Source of the DNA: an uncultured bacterium
Lineage (GTDB): Bacteria > Chloroflexota > UBA5177 > JANWHV01
DNA length: 64,000 nt
Assembly: GCA_963827235.1 (NCBI GenBank)
Contig: CAWHAE010000016.1
Coordinates: forward strand, 800,001 to 864,000
Direction: 5' to 3'
The position numbers were made by a program, and so were the translations under genes. A model generated the notes under the pieces. It was given only the letters and a program-made list of their open reading frames with translations, had not been told where the DNA came from and did not search any database. This document shows positions 41,341 to 52,451 of the stretch, piece after piece (positions within the stretch are counted from its first letter, which is position 1; each line of letters opens with the position of its first letter).

Positions 41341-42471
41341 ATGACGCGGCGCGATCGGCTGCTGAACACGCTTGCCGGAAGGCCAGTGGATCGCCCGGCG
41401 TTCAATTTCTACGAGATCAACGGGCTGGATCAGGATCCTGCGGACGAATCACCATTCAACATCTACGCGGATCCGTCGTGGAAACCGCTGATCGAGATCG
41501 CGCGTGACAAGACCGATCGCATGCCGCTGCGCAATCTGCCCCTCGTGCCTGCGCCGGACTGTCCCCTGGAAGCAATCGCGAAGCGCGAGGAGCGTATCGA
41601 AGGCGGATCGCTCCTGGTCACGACCGCGATTCGCTGCGCCGACCGCGTGCTGACGTCGCGCACCCGGCGCGATCCAGACGTGGATACGATCTGGACTCTC
41701 GAGCATTTGCTGAAAGACGCCGACGACCTCCGCGCCTACCTGGCGCTCCCGCTGCCCCGTTATCAGGATCTCGACCTTACGTCGATCCTGTCGGCGGAGC
41801 GGGCCCTGGGCGATACGGGGCTGGTCCTCATCAACCTGGACGATCCGCTCTGCCGCAGCGCCGAGCTCTTCAGCATGGCCGACTACCTGGTCACCGCCTT
41901 CTCAGAACCGGGCCTCTTCTGCCGGCTCCTTGAGCGCTTCGCCCAGATCCTCACTCCACGGGTGGAGGCGGCCTCCCGGGCGCTGCCCGGCAGGGCGTGG
42001 CGCGTTGTTGGGGCCGAATACGCTGGCGCGCCTTACCTGCCGCCCAGACTCTTCAAGCAGTTCCTGACCGCGTTCACCGGGCCTCTCGTTTCCTGTATTC
42101 AGCGCTACGGTGGATTCGCGCGTGTCCATTGCCACGGCAAATTGCAGGGCATACTGGCCCACATCGTCGACACCGGGTGTACCGGTCTCGATCCGATCGA
42201 GCCGCCACCGCAGGGCGACGTGACGCTGGCGCATGTCCGGTCGCGCTACGGCGAGCAGCTGGTGCTGTATGGCAACCTGGAAGCCAACGATATCGAGTTG
42301 CTGGATGCGCCCGACTTCGCGGAGAAAGTCAAGCGGGCCCTCGACGAAGGGACGAGGGGTACGGGACGCGGATTCGTGCTCATGCCATCCGCGAGTCCCT
42401 ACGGGCGCTGCCTTACGCCGCGCGCGCTGCGCAACTACGAGACTATGGTCGAGATCGTGGAACGGATGTGA
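41341..42471 (+). CDS. Uroporphyrinogen decarboxylase-like family protein
   Basis: MTRRDRLL...VDRP, VHCHG, DPIEPPPQGDV, LYGNLE, GFVLMPSASP. Confidence 0.8.
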   Translation: MTRRDRLLNTLAGRPVDRPAFNFYEINGLDQDPADESPFNIYADPSWKPLIEIARDKTDRMPLRNLPLVPAPDCPLEAIAKREERIEGGSLLVTTAIRCADRVLTSRTRRDPDVDTIWTLEHLLKDADDLRAYLALPLPRYQDLDLTSILSAERALGDTGLVLINLDDPLCRSAELFSMADYLVTAFSEPGLFCRLLERFAQILTPRVEAASRALPGRAWRVVGAEYAGAPYLPPRLFKQFLTAFTGPLVSCIQRYGGFARVHCHGKLQGILAHIVDTGCTGLDPIEPPPQGDVTLAHVRSRYGEQLVLYGNLEANDIELLDAPDFAEKVKRALDEGTRGTGRGFVLMPSASPYGRCLTPRALRNYETMVEIVERM

Positions 42472-42572
42472 CCGCCGGAGTCGAGACACGTACCGGAGAC
42501 AGCGGCTGCCCGGACCCGGGTATTCGCGGACCGGCTGCCCGCGCGTGAATTCATCTCTTGAGGGAGGGCTAC

Positions 42573-43502
42573 ATGCGAAGAACTAGCAAGGTTGCCGAGG
42601 GCTGGTGGGACTACACGACGCTCGATGACGAGCTGCTCGCCGACGCGGGCCGACTTTCAGCCGCCGACCTGGAACAGCTTTCACGGCCCGGCTTTCACGT
42701 CACAATGTATGACACGCTGGAATCGTTCTATCTCGCGGAGGCGCTCGAATACGTGTCTGCGTGGCGCACGGCATCTTCCGGCGCGCCTGCCGGCATATGC
42801 GGCCCGATCGGTCCCACCGAACAGCTGCCGCTCGTCGCACAGATCGTGAACGAGCTGGAGATCGACGTGCGGAACGGTCACTTCTGGGCCATGGACGAGT
42901 GGTACGTGGACGACAAAGCGGTCGACATCACCCACCCATTGAGCTTCGCGCGCGCCGACCTCGAGCTGTGCTTCGATCGCATCGACAAGAGATTACGTAT
43001 GCCCGACGATCATCTTCACTTCCTTACTGCCGACAATCTGGCCGAGTACACGAGGTCCTACGACGAGGCGCAATGCCTGGTCATGCAGGGCGGCCAGGGA
43101 GAAGTGAAGCACTGGGCCTTCAATGACCCGGTCCAGCGGCAAGGGCTCTGGAGAGACGAGCCGCCGTCACCGGCGGAGTACAGGAAGCTCTCCGCCCGGG
43201 TAGTGACCCTACACCCCATGACCATTATTCAGAACGCCCGCACGTCCGGAGGCGGTGTCGTCTCGAACGTGCCCTCGCAGGCGCTCTCGGTCGGCCCCGT
43301 GGAGACCTGGAAGTCGGAGAAAGTCTCCATCTGGCACGCCGGGATGCACGACAATCCCTTCGGCTTGCGCCTGACGGCGCTTATGATCTCCAAGCACCTG
43401 CCGGACTCTGCCGTGCCGATGTCGCTGCTCGCCGACCATCCCGACGTGCAGTTCAGCTACTATCGACCGGGTATAGGGACCTGCGCGACCGAGATGCACT
43501 GA
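42573..43502 (+). CDS. NagB/glucosamine-6-phosphate isomerase-like protein
   Basis: [41 protein letters not shown]; GGAGG RBS. Confidence 0.75.
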   Translation: MRRTSKVAEGWWDYTTLDDELLADAGRLSAADLEQLSRPGFHVTMYDTLESFYLAEALEYVSAWRTASSGAPAGICGPIGPTEQLPLVAQIVNELEIDVRNGHFWAMDEWYVDDKAVDITHPLSFARADLELCFDRIDKRLRMPDDHLHFLTADNLAEYTRSYDEAQCLVMQGGQGEVKHWAFNDPVQRQGLWRDEPPSPAEYRKLSARVVTLHPMTIIQNARTSGGGVVSNVPSQALSVGPVETWKSEKVSIWHAGMHDNPFGLRLTALMISKHLPDSAVPMSLLADHPDVQFSYYRPGIGTCATEMH

Positions 43503-43566
43503 CGAGTTGCCGGCGCGAGCAGGGATGCTGAGAGATGTTGCCGGCACGAGTGGGGGGCCGTGGCCA

Positions 43567-44275
43567 GTGAATTCGCTGCCAAGTCCAGCCCGGGTGCTAG
43601 CGGTTGGCGCGCATCCGGATGACCTGGAGATACTGTGGGGGTACGCTCGCATGCTACGCGCGGAGCGGCGCGACGGTCGTGATGGCTATCGCGACGGACG
43701 GCGCAGCGGGTCACACGACGATTCCCCCAGATGAGCTGGCGAGGATCCGCCACGCCGAGGCGCAGCACTCGGCTGACACGATCGGCGCCGAGCTGCTCTG
43801 ACTGGGCTTCTCCGACGAGATGCTTTTCGAGGACATCGCTACGCGGCTACAGGTGGTAGATGCCATCCGCGTCGCCAAGCCGGACGTCATACTCACGCAC
43901 GACCCGGGAGACTATCACCCCGATCACCGGGTGGTCAGCCGGCTGGTGCTTGACGCCTCCTTTCTCTCCGGGTTGCCGCAAGTGCGCACGCAGCACGAGT
44001 GCCATCCGGCAGTACAGCCGCTGATCTACTTCGACACGCTGGCGGGAGCAGGCTTCGTACCCACGGAGTACGTAGACGTTACAGATACGTTCGCGGGGAA
44101 GCAGGCCGTGCTGCAATGCCATGCCGGCCAGTTCACCTGGATGAGCGAGCACGACGCCGTCGATCTGGTGGACCTCATCCAGGTCATGACTCGCGTACGC
44201 GGGCTGCAGTGTGGAGTCCGCCACGCGGAGGCCTTTCGCATAGAAGGGGCGGGGCCGTATCGTCTGCTTCCCTGA
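43567..44275 (+). pseudogene. PIG-L/LmbE deacetylase with frameshift (approx. 43636) and in-frame TGA (43799-43801)
   Basis: AVGAHPDDLE / CGGTLA...ATDG...RHAEA...ELL*LGFSD...THDPGDYHPDH. Confidence 0.85.
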
Positions 44276-44342
44276 CGAGCACGTTGGCTTGGATCGCCGA
44301 CCGGCCGGCTAACGGCCCGCCGAGGTAGCCGCCCGCCCGGGC

Positions 44343-45011
44343 TTAGCCGGGCCGGGCGGCGATTATATCGTGCCGAGCCGCCCACATGCCGAGATCCTGC
44401 TTCCGTATGGCCGCCGCCATCAGGTCTGGAAAGAGGTCGGGCGTGCAGGCGAAAACCGGAATGCCGAGCGCTGCCAGCGCCGCCGCGTGCTTCTGGTCAT
44501 ACGCCGGCGCGCCGCGGTCATCGAGGGCCAGCAGGCAGATCATGGTGACGCCGCGACCGGCCAGGGCGGCCGCTCGCCTGAGCATTTCCTCCGCGTTGCC
44601 GCCCTCGTAGAGGTCGGTGATCAGCACGAACACTGTCTTGTCGGGACGTATTACCAATCCCTCGCAATAGGCAAGAGCGCGATTGATGTCCGTGCCACCG
44701 CCCAGTTGTACGCCGAGCAGCAGATCGACGGGATCCTGCAGATCGTCGGTAAGGTCCACGACCGGGGTGTCGAACACGACCATGTGCATGCTTACGGCGC
44801 GTAGACTGGCCAGAACGGCGCCAAACACTCCCGCGTAGACCACGGAGGCAGCCATGGAACCGCTCTGATCCACGCAGAGCACGACGTCGCGCAACGAAGT
44901 CTTCTTACGGCCAAAGCCGACCAACCTCTCCGGGATGATCGTTCTCTGCTCCGCCTGGTAGTGCCGCAGGTTGGCCCGGATGGTGCGATCCCAGTCAATC
45001 TCGCTCTGGCG
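44343..45011 (-). pseudogene. C-terminal half of a VWA/CoxE-like (YehP-like) protein
   Basis: IDWDRTIRANLRHY, CVDQSGSM (MIDAS), LGGGTDI, ITDLYEGG; no N-terminus. Confidence 0.85.
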
Positions 45012-45893
45012 GATGGCGTTTTCAGCTTCGTCTTGCCGTCGGCCGTGAGGCCTTCGCGCAGCTCGCGGAAGACGGCGACTGCGCGCCGGATCTCCTCCAG
45101 CGCAGGCGTCTCCGCCGGCAGATCCAGGGCGCGGCCCAAGGCAGTCGAACGCTGCTCCACGATCTGCACCTCCTGCTCGAAGGTTTCTGGCACAGGAAAA
45201 ACTACCGTGTTGAAGCGGCGCATCAGCGCACTCGACAATTCGTTCACACCCTTGTCGCGGTTATTGGCAGTAGCGACGACGTTGAAGCCCTTCCGCGCCT
45301 GCATCTCGGTATTCAGCTCCGGGATCGGCAGAGTCTTCTCGGAGAGAATGGTGATCAGCGTATCCTGGACCTCGGGCGAGATACGGGTGAGCTCCTCGAT
45401 GCGGCAGATCTTGCCCAGTTGCATGGCCTGCATCATTCGGGCTGACCACGAGCGCCGCTGGTGAGGGCCCTTCGGTGAGCAGCCTGGCGTAGTTCCAGCC
45501 GTAGCGGATTGCGTTCTCTTCCGTGCCAGCCGTGCCCTGAATGATCAGCGTGGACTGGCCGGAAACCGCGGCAGCGAGATGCTCGCTGACCCAGGACTTC
45601 GCCGTGCCGGGAATGCCGTACAGCAGCAACGCGCGGTCCGTGGCGAGAGTAGCCACGGCGCCCTGGATGAGGCGAGCGTTCCCGATGTATTTGGCGCTAA
45701 TCGAGCAGCCGTTTGGAAGGGTGCCGCCCAGCAGGTACGTGCAGACAGCCCAGGGCGAGAGTATCCAGTTGGGCGGCTTCGGTCGATCATCTTCCTCCGC
45801 CAGCGCCGCGAGCTCCTCGGCGAACTGCTGCTCGGCGTGCCGGCGCAATACGGCTTCTATAGCCGCGGATCCGAAAGTATCGGCAGTGTGCAT
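45012..45893 (-). pseudogene. MoxR/YehL-like AAA ATPase, frameshifted (approx. 45437) and C-terminally deleted
   Basis: LRRHAEQQFAEEL, GIPGTAKSW (Walker A), IEELTR, TANNRDKGVNELSSALMRRF; ends at KLKTPS abutting VWA remnant. Confidence 0.88.
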
Positions 45894-45921
45894 GGCGCTG
45901 ACTCCTCGTGCGAAGACGATT

Positions 45922-47614
45922 CTACGCGTCCGTTCCACCGGCCAATGTCCGCCGGATGTGACGGCGCAGTACGGCGATCTCGGACAATACGGCCAGGTCG
46001 CGGCTCCAGGGAGAACCTCTCAGATGGCCGGGCAGGTCCCATTGCCGCGGCACTCCGTCGAGGTTTTCGGGCGACAGGAGGGGCTCGGCCCGTGGGATAG
46101 TCTGCAGCACTGCGATCATCCAGGGCTCGCCGCCGTATCTCGCGCTTTCGGGGATGCGACCCGGCAACGTCTTCAGAAGCTGGATGAAAGCCCGACTGCA
46201 CCCTGGACCCCATTCCTCCGACTCTCCGGCTCTTGCTTCCAAAGCAAGCTCGACCGAAGCGGGATCGCCCGCGACGAGGAGCCGCCCGGTTTCCTCGTCC
46301 TGCAGCGCCGGCGACAGCGCGCGAAGCAACCTGGCGGCCAGCGCACGCGCGGCCCTCGCGTCACCGGTGCCTCGAGCAAGGTCGATCCAGCGGCGCAGCA
46401 ACAAGCCGATCCATGACTGGTCCTCATGTAGGATCGCCGCCTCGGACCAAGCCTCGAACAGATCCCGGCCCCACGCGCTGGCCTGCGCAGCGGCGAGGAG
46501 GATTTCAGGCGTAGCGGCAAATCGCTCGGGCCAGTGCGAGGGCGGCACTCGCGAGAGCAGGCGCGAAAGAAGCCAGGATCCCCTGCCCTTCGTCTCCACG
46601 TTTTTCGGCGGGTCGCCGATGCCGAGCTCTGCCCAATCGACGCCGTTGACGGTGGGGACCTTGACGTCGAGCGTGCCCTGCCCGCGGCCTTCGCCCAGCA
46701 TGCGCATGAGTCCATGGCGTCGACCAACCGGCACCTGCAAGTCGAGACAGGTATCGGCGGCGGCGATCACTCGCGCCTGCAGGCCTGAGCCCGGCAGCCG
46801 CAGGAGAAGCGTGGCGGCCTGTTCACGCACTTTCTCCGCTCGAATCGCGCAAAGCCTGCTCCAGGAACGGCTCGTCGACCGCGGTCAGGCCGGTGGCGAG
46901 ACCGCTCAGCAGATCGCGGCGGCTATCCGGCTTCTCACCCTTCCAAGAATCGGCGAGCCATTGCCGCGCGGTGTCCGGCGCCACGGCGCGCAGTAGCCCG
47001 AGCAGAGTCCGGCGCTGGGCCGGTGTGCCTTCCTGCCAGAAGCGCTCCGCGGAGTCCGCGTCGTCCGGCGGGAATCCGGACGGCGTATCCGCCGCCCACC
47101 CCCAGCGCGGATTGAGCTTTGCCAGCCAGCGCCCGCGCTCGCCGAGGATCGGCGGCAGAGCTGCTCGTGCCGGCACCGCCGTGAGGTCCAGCGCCGGCGG
47201 CAAGAGGGCGTGCGGCAGACGGCGGCCGTTTGCCTCCACCAGCCGGAACGCCTCAGGCAGAAGCGCGACGAGCTCGGCAGGAGAGAGGACGGCGCGGTTC
47301 CCGGCGCTCGACCACGACCACTCCGCAATCGGTTGCCGGCCATGCAGCAGATCGGCGAGGAGATCGCTGCCGCGGCGGCCTAGCTCAGGCCGTGTTTCGG
47401 GCGGACATATCGGCAGCCTCACCCCGCAGGTCTCCGGCAGCATGCCGGCACGGCGATACACGCCGGCTGCGCCGGCAGCCAGAAGGAGTGCCTGCTCCGG
47501 GCTGCGGTCCGCTCGAGCGTCCAGCAGCGCGTCCAGTGGGGAGCCGGTGGACCGGAGTGGGCGCGGCTCCCTGGCGGTACCGACGAGCGCGGCAGCGACG
47601 AGCGCATCGATCAT
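45922..47614 (-). pseudogene. DUF5691-like protein split by frameshift near 46830
   Basis: ALVGTAR, GERGRWLAKLNPRW, DEPFLEQALRD / VREQAATLLLRLPGS. Confidence 0.75.
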
Positions 47615-48930
47615 GACGCGCTCGCGGTGAGTACGTAGTGCTCGGCGTCGGCAACAGCGAGCGGCCGAAGCACGCCGTCGCGCCACTCACCAACGACGGT
47701 CAATGTATGCCCACCCGAGACAGCGAGCAGGGACCAAGGCTCGCCGGCGGGAAGCGGCAGCGCCGAGCGTGTGCCGTCCACCACCTGCCAGGTGCCGCCG
47801 CTCGCAGGCACGGGGACGACGTCGCACAGGACCACCGGCAGGCCGTCGAGCCAGGGCTGCCTGGCCAGGGCATGGGCAGCTTGCTCCAGAAAAGCGTCCA
47901 CTCCGGTGCCAGGTGGCCTGTGCAACAGCGACTTTGTCGGGCCGAGACGTTGGCGCATGAGAGCGCGCAAGGGATGACTGCTCGGCCAGAAGGCCAACGA
48001 GGCATCGAGCTCCGTGCCGGGCACGAGCGGAACGACGAATGCGGCACCGGCGGCTGCGAACTGCAGCACGAACGCGGGACGCCCAGTCTGTAAACCACAT
48101 AGCCAGGTGCGCTGCACGCGCAGTCGATCCTCGTGCTCTACCCACTGGCCGAGCACCAGCCAGGTATCGGGCACGAGGTCGCCGTGAGCGACGACCTCGT
48201 CTTCCTTCAGCGTCCAGCCAATCAAGCTGCGCACGTCGGCCTGCAGGGCCGGATCGAGCGTATCCAGCCGGCGGAATGCTTCGATCAGCATGGCCAGGCT
48301 ACCCAGGGCGCAGAGCAGCCGCTCGGGCCACCGCGAAGTGGAACCGGGAATGAAAGCGAGCCGCCGCACACGTGCCGCCAGACCCGGCGCCTGGCTGTCC
48401 ACGAGGCGGGCAGCCGGCTTCTCCCAGAACGCGGCCTTCTGCAGCTCGATGCCGGCCAGCCCAGTGCGAATCAGATCCTGAAGCCAGAGATCCAGACGGT
48501 CGATTCCCTGCTGCACGAGCGTGGCGCGCTTTTCGCGGCGCTTGTTCTGCCGGGCCTGTTGGTCCGAGGTCGCCAGCGCAGATACGGACGCCGCCCTCGG
48601 AGCGGCTCTCGCCGCCCGTTTGGCCAGCCATTCGACCACCCACTGAGGCATGGCAGCTTCGGCGAACGCGCCGGGTTCCTTCGCCGCCTAGAGGAGCAGG
48701 GCCAAGCTGTGCTTGCAGGGCAGCTTGCGGCTCGGACAGCTGCACACTGATGCCAGGCCTTGCCCATCGACGCGCACCTGGTAGAGCGCGCTTCCCTGGC
48801 ACTCGCCCCAAAGCGCCTCAGCGCTCCGCCCCAGGCTCCTCCACGGGCCCGGCGATGCCAGCTTGTGTGCGGCGACGACGGCTGCAGCATCCGGTACCAG
48901 GGCAAGAATCCGATCCTTGTCGAGATCCGT
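47611..48930 (-). pseudogene. SWIM zinc-finger protein with apparent ACG start and in-frame TAG (48688-48690)
   Basis: AAAGGA RBS then ACG-DLDKDRILALVPDA; LWGECQGS, CSCPSRKLPCKH; AARLVDSQAPGLA. Confidence 0.85.
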
Positions 48931-49153
48931 TGCTCGCGTCCTTTCGCCGTGTTGCTCTCCGACATTGTCCAGTCATCCGCCGGTCACGGCAATAGGCCAG
49001 TGACGAAAACACGCGCTTTCGCGGCGGCCATACTGTTGGCAACCCATATGAGTCTCGCGCCCGGACGCGCCGGCGCTATCTCGTCGCCGTGAAACGGCGG
49101 ATCGTCGAGCCCACATCTCTCAGATCCGCTGTTGCGGTGGTGACAAACGCCGC

Positions 49154-50593
49154 TCAGGCCACCGACGGCGGCACGGACTCGGGAGACTGGGCGGCGCTTG
49201 CTTCGCGCCCGAGGACGGCGGTGTCCGCTGCGCCGGTCTGCGCCTGCGTCTGGGACCCTTGCCACGCCGGCAGGCGAAGGCAGAACGTGCTTCCGCCGGA
49301 TCCGGTTGATTCCAGGCAGAGCGTGCCTCCCATGGCTTCCGCGTACGCTCTCCCGAGATACAAGCCCAACCCGGTGCCTACTCTGCCGGCGCGCATCCGG
49401 CTGCCGGGCACGCGACCAAACCGGGTGAACAGCACATCCCGGCTTGAGTCCGGAATGCCCGGACCCAGGTCCAGCACTCGTATGGCCAGGTGCCCCTGGT
49501 CTTCGCTCCAGGAAACGCGAATGGGACTTCCGTCGGGTGAGTATTTGGCCGCGTTGTCGAGCACATTCGTGAGTACCTGCTCGGCCCGCAACACATCGGC
49601 AAGCACATACGCCTCGCTCGGGCCGTCGGTCTCGATCACCTGATCGTGATAGCTGCTCCTGACCAGCTCCGCGGTTCGCGCGATCAGGGCAGTCACCTGG
49701 ATCGGCTCCGGCCGGAGCGCGAGATCGCTCGACTCGAGCCGGCTGACACGAAGGAGATCCTCGATCAGACGGTGCTGGCGGCTGGCGGCGTTGACGATTC
49801 GATCCAGGTGATGCTTCCGACGTGGCTCATCCAGAGAGTCCCAATACATCTGCATCAGCTCCGCGTAACCCATTATCGAGGCTAACGGCGTGCGCAGCTC
49901 GTGGCTTACCGCGGACACGAAATCGCTTTGCAGAGCGGCCAGCTGCTCAGCTGCTTGCGCCTGTTCGCGCAACGCCAACTCCGTCTGCTTGCCGGCAGCC
50001 AGCTCGTGGGCAGTGACGGCGAGGCGTTGGGCTGCCCAGGCAAGCGTCTCACAGACAAGCACGCAGATGGCGGCTACATAGAGCACCGAGCTGGCCGCCT
50101 CGGCAGACCAGTGGCCCGTAGCCCAGAGCGGCAGCAAGTAGGCCGCCACCAGAAGCGGCAGCAGATACAGAGAAGCACCCCGGGGCTGAGAGATGCCGAC
50201 CCACACGAAGATGATGACGAAGAAGACGCCGTAGCGATAGGCGTCAACACCCCCAAGGTCGTTGTGCATCCCGATCATGGCGAAGCCGGGCACGGTTGCC
50301 CACAGGACGCCGCCGTGGCCAAGGCGCTGCCAGGGCACCGCGCCCCCAAGCAGGCCGAGCAGGATGGCCGCTACGCCGACGAGAATGACCCCGGCTCTGT
50401 TCATTGCGGCCGGCTCCGGAAGCAGCGTGCTCCCTATGGTCACCACGCCGGTAGCCACATACATGACGGCCCCGAGGCGGATCGACTCCTCCAGGGAGAG
50501 AAGCCCCTCCATACGACTCTCGGTCGCCGGCACCGCGCGCACCACACGGGGAACCAGTTTCGCTCGCCACGGACGAACGAGCCGCGCCCGCAC
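49154..50593 (-). CDS. Membrane-bound sensor histidine kinase
   Basis: About 6 TM N-terminal; VSHELRTPL, NVLDNAAKYS, DLGPGI, GTGLGL; start uncertain. Confidence 0.9.
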   Translation of the reverse strand: MRARLVRPWRAKLVPRVVRAVPATESRMEGLLSLEESIRLGAVMYVATGVVTIGSTLLPEPAAMNRAGVILVGVAAILLGLLGGAVPWQRLGHGGVLWATVPGFAMIGMHNDLGGVDAYRYGVFFVIIFVWVGISQPRGASLYLLPLLVAAYLLPLWATGHWSAEAASSVLYVAAICVLVCETLAWAAQRLAVTAHELAAGKQTELALREQAQAAEQLAALQSDFVSAVSHELRTPLASIMGYAELMQMYWDSLDEPRRKHHLDRIVNAASRQHRLIEDLLRVSRLESSDLALRPEPIQVTALIARTAELVRSSYHDQVIETDGPSEAYVLADVLRAEQVLTNVLDNAAKYSPDGSPIRVSWSEDQGHLAIRVLDLGPGIPDSSRDVLFTRFGRVPGSRMRAGRVGTGLGLYLGRAYAEAMGGTLCLESTGSGGSTFCLRLPAWQGSQTQAQTGAADTAVLGREASAAQSPESVPPSVA

Positions 50594-50704
50594 TGTCGCT
50601 CTGCGCTCTCTACTCTCGATGCCACGGAGGTCGCACCTGCCGTGCGGCCTGCCAACGGATATCAGTATATCGGTGACGAAAGAACTGGGACCGCGATCCC
50701 GCAG

Positions 50705-51196
50705 TCACTCCCGCTGAGCCTGCCGAGTCCCTCTCGTCAACGCGGCGATGCCCGCATCCAGGTGCCGAAGCAAGTCGTCCAGATCGGCGTACTTCTCCAT
50801 GCCTTCCCACACGATGCCGCCCTCGACAAGGGCGCGTGCCAGAGAACGATTATGCTCGCAGGGTCCCAGCTCGACCCGGCCGCCATCCACGATCCAGCGG
50901 GCTACATGCGGGTACATCTCCTCGGCAGATCGCTTTGCCTGTCGCGGCGTGTTGCTCCCACCGAGTTCCGGAATGGCACTCGACGCAAGCAGCACCCGTA
51001 TTGAACGGGCTTGACCCGGCGTACGGCGAATCAGGCCACGCTGCTCCAGTGTGACGACCATTTGATGCGCCGACGGGACGGAGACCATGAAGTGGCCTGC
51101 GATGTCCGATTCTGCCGGCGCAATGCCGTATCGCACGGCGTAGGCCTGTATGAACGCGAGGTACTGGCCCTGTCGAGTCGTATAAGGTAGGACCAC
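50705..51196 (-). CDS. LexA-type winged-helix DNA-binding domain fused to unknown C-terminal domain
   Basis: AGGAGGAGG RBS, GTG; YTTRQGQYLAFI...PAESDI...PSAHQMVVTLEQRGLIRRTPGQARSI; no S24 peptidase. Confidence 0.8.
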   Translation of the reverse strand: MVLPYTTRQGQYLAFIQAYAVRYGIAPAESDIAGHFMVSVPSAHQMVVTLEQRGLIRRTPGQARSIRVLLASSAIPELGGSNTPRQAKRSAEEMYPHVARWIVDGGRVELGPCEHNRSLARALVEGGIVWEGMEKYADLDDLLRHLDAGIAALTRGTRQAQRE

Positions 51197-51344
51197 TCCG
51201 TTTCGCCTCCTCCTGTTGTCAGCGTATGGTCGCAGAGCAGTACGATTCAAGGTGTGAGCTCCTAACTGTCCGCGCCCAGCATGTTGGCATCCTGCCGCGC
51301 CGGAATCGAGCAGCCCTGGAGCAACGGCAGCCGGCGTGCGCGTC

Positions 51345-51995
51345 TCAATGCAGCGTGCACGGGCTGTGAATCGTCGTGCCCCAGCCAGGGGCGGCCACGT
51401 CACTCGGCGCGGCTCCCGGCCGTGCCACCCCGGCGTTGCGCAACGCGGTGTAGGCATAGGTGTTCGTGTTTGGCCCCCAGACGCTGTAGCGCACCGCGTG
51501 CGCGGCGAAACAGCGGGCTGTCTGCGCGAAGCTTGCGCGCAGATGCTCGACGCTGGTGCCCGAGTGCAAGGCGAGGCTGAAGTCTTGCCAGGAGCACGAG
51601 CCCCAGGGTGGCAAGAAGTAGGGCGGCTCATGGCAATCCTGGCGGGCGGCAGCCAACAGCTCGGTACTGGCGGTGACCGCGTGTGGCGCCCTGGGAGCGA
51701 TGAGCGAGGGGCTGCCGATCAAGTCTCGACTGCCGCCGCCAAGTCCCTCCGTCTTGAAAGCACCACCGGCGACTCGCAGGTTGTCTGGACTGAAGAACAA
51801 GATGAAGGCGTGATGGAAGAATCCCGCAGTTTGGTCCACCGGGATGAACACCACGATGATGGTCGCTCCTGCCGCTCGCGCGCCCGTGGCGAGCGTTGGC
51901 GGCTCGTACCGGGTCGACGGATGAGTGCTCAAAGCCCATGTCGCGGCCGCTAGGACCAGTACGACAAACAGCAAACCACGGATCATGCGATACAT
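51345..51995 (-). CDS. Secreted DUF3750/permuted papain-like protein
   Basis: Signal peptide; HHAFILF; YSVWGPNTNTY; APGWG. Confidence 0.55.
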   Translation of the reverse strand: MYRMIRGLLFVVLVLAAATWALSTHPSTRYEPPTLATGARAAGATIIVVFIPVDQTAGFFHHAFILFFSPDNLRVAGGAFKTEGLGGGSRDLIGSPSLIAPRAPHAVTASTELLAAARQDCHEPPYFLPPWGSCSWQDFSLALHSGTSVEHLRASFAQTARCFAAHAVRYSVWGPNTNTYAYTALRNAGVARPGAAPSDVAAPGWGTTIHSPCTLH

Positions 51996-52219
51996 GGAGA
52001 ATTCTCCCCTTGGTCGTACCGATCGTCGCCGGTTGTCTCCCCCACGCCCGCCAGCTCACACACTACCGCGGCGAGCAGCAGCACAAGGAGAATTATCGGG
52101 TACCACCAAACGTACACCATCGCTGCCGCAAGGAAGCTGGAGGCGTGCACTCCAGCTCGCCACGAGGGTCATGGTGGTCGTGCTCCGCGGGCACAAGCCA
52201 ATCGCAAGCGGCATCCCGT

Positions 52220-52441
52220 CTAGTCAGCCTTGATAGCGGTCGCGTCGGTGGGCGCCGGAGGTCGGCCGCGCCGCGGCATGGGGCCTGTGCCATCCGGCAG
52301 TCGTCGGGCCTCGGCCAGCGACCGCCGCAGGAGGAACTCTATCTGCGCGTTGGTGCTGCGCAGCTCGTCGGCTGCCCATCGTGCCAGCGCGTCGTGCACG
52401 GCGGGGTCCAGCCTCAGCAGAATCGTCTTGCGTTCAGCCAC
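52220..52441 (-). CDS. Arc-like ribbon-helix-helix protein
   Basis: MAERKTILLRLDPAVHDALARWAADELRSTNAQIEFLLR, directly after SPFH gene. Confidence 0.85.
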   Translation of the reverse strand: MAERKTILLRLDPAVHDALARWAADELRSTNAQIEFLLRRSLAEARRLPDGTGPMPRRGRPPAPTDATAIKAD

Positions 52442-52451
52442 GTCTCTCTGC

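Noticed and set aside
43799-43801. Selenocysteine at in-frame TGA of PIG-L
   Set aside because: Context fits a Trp (TGG) position rather than catalytic Cys, and the gene also has a frameshift
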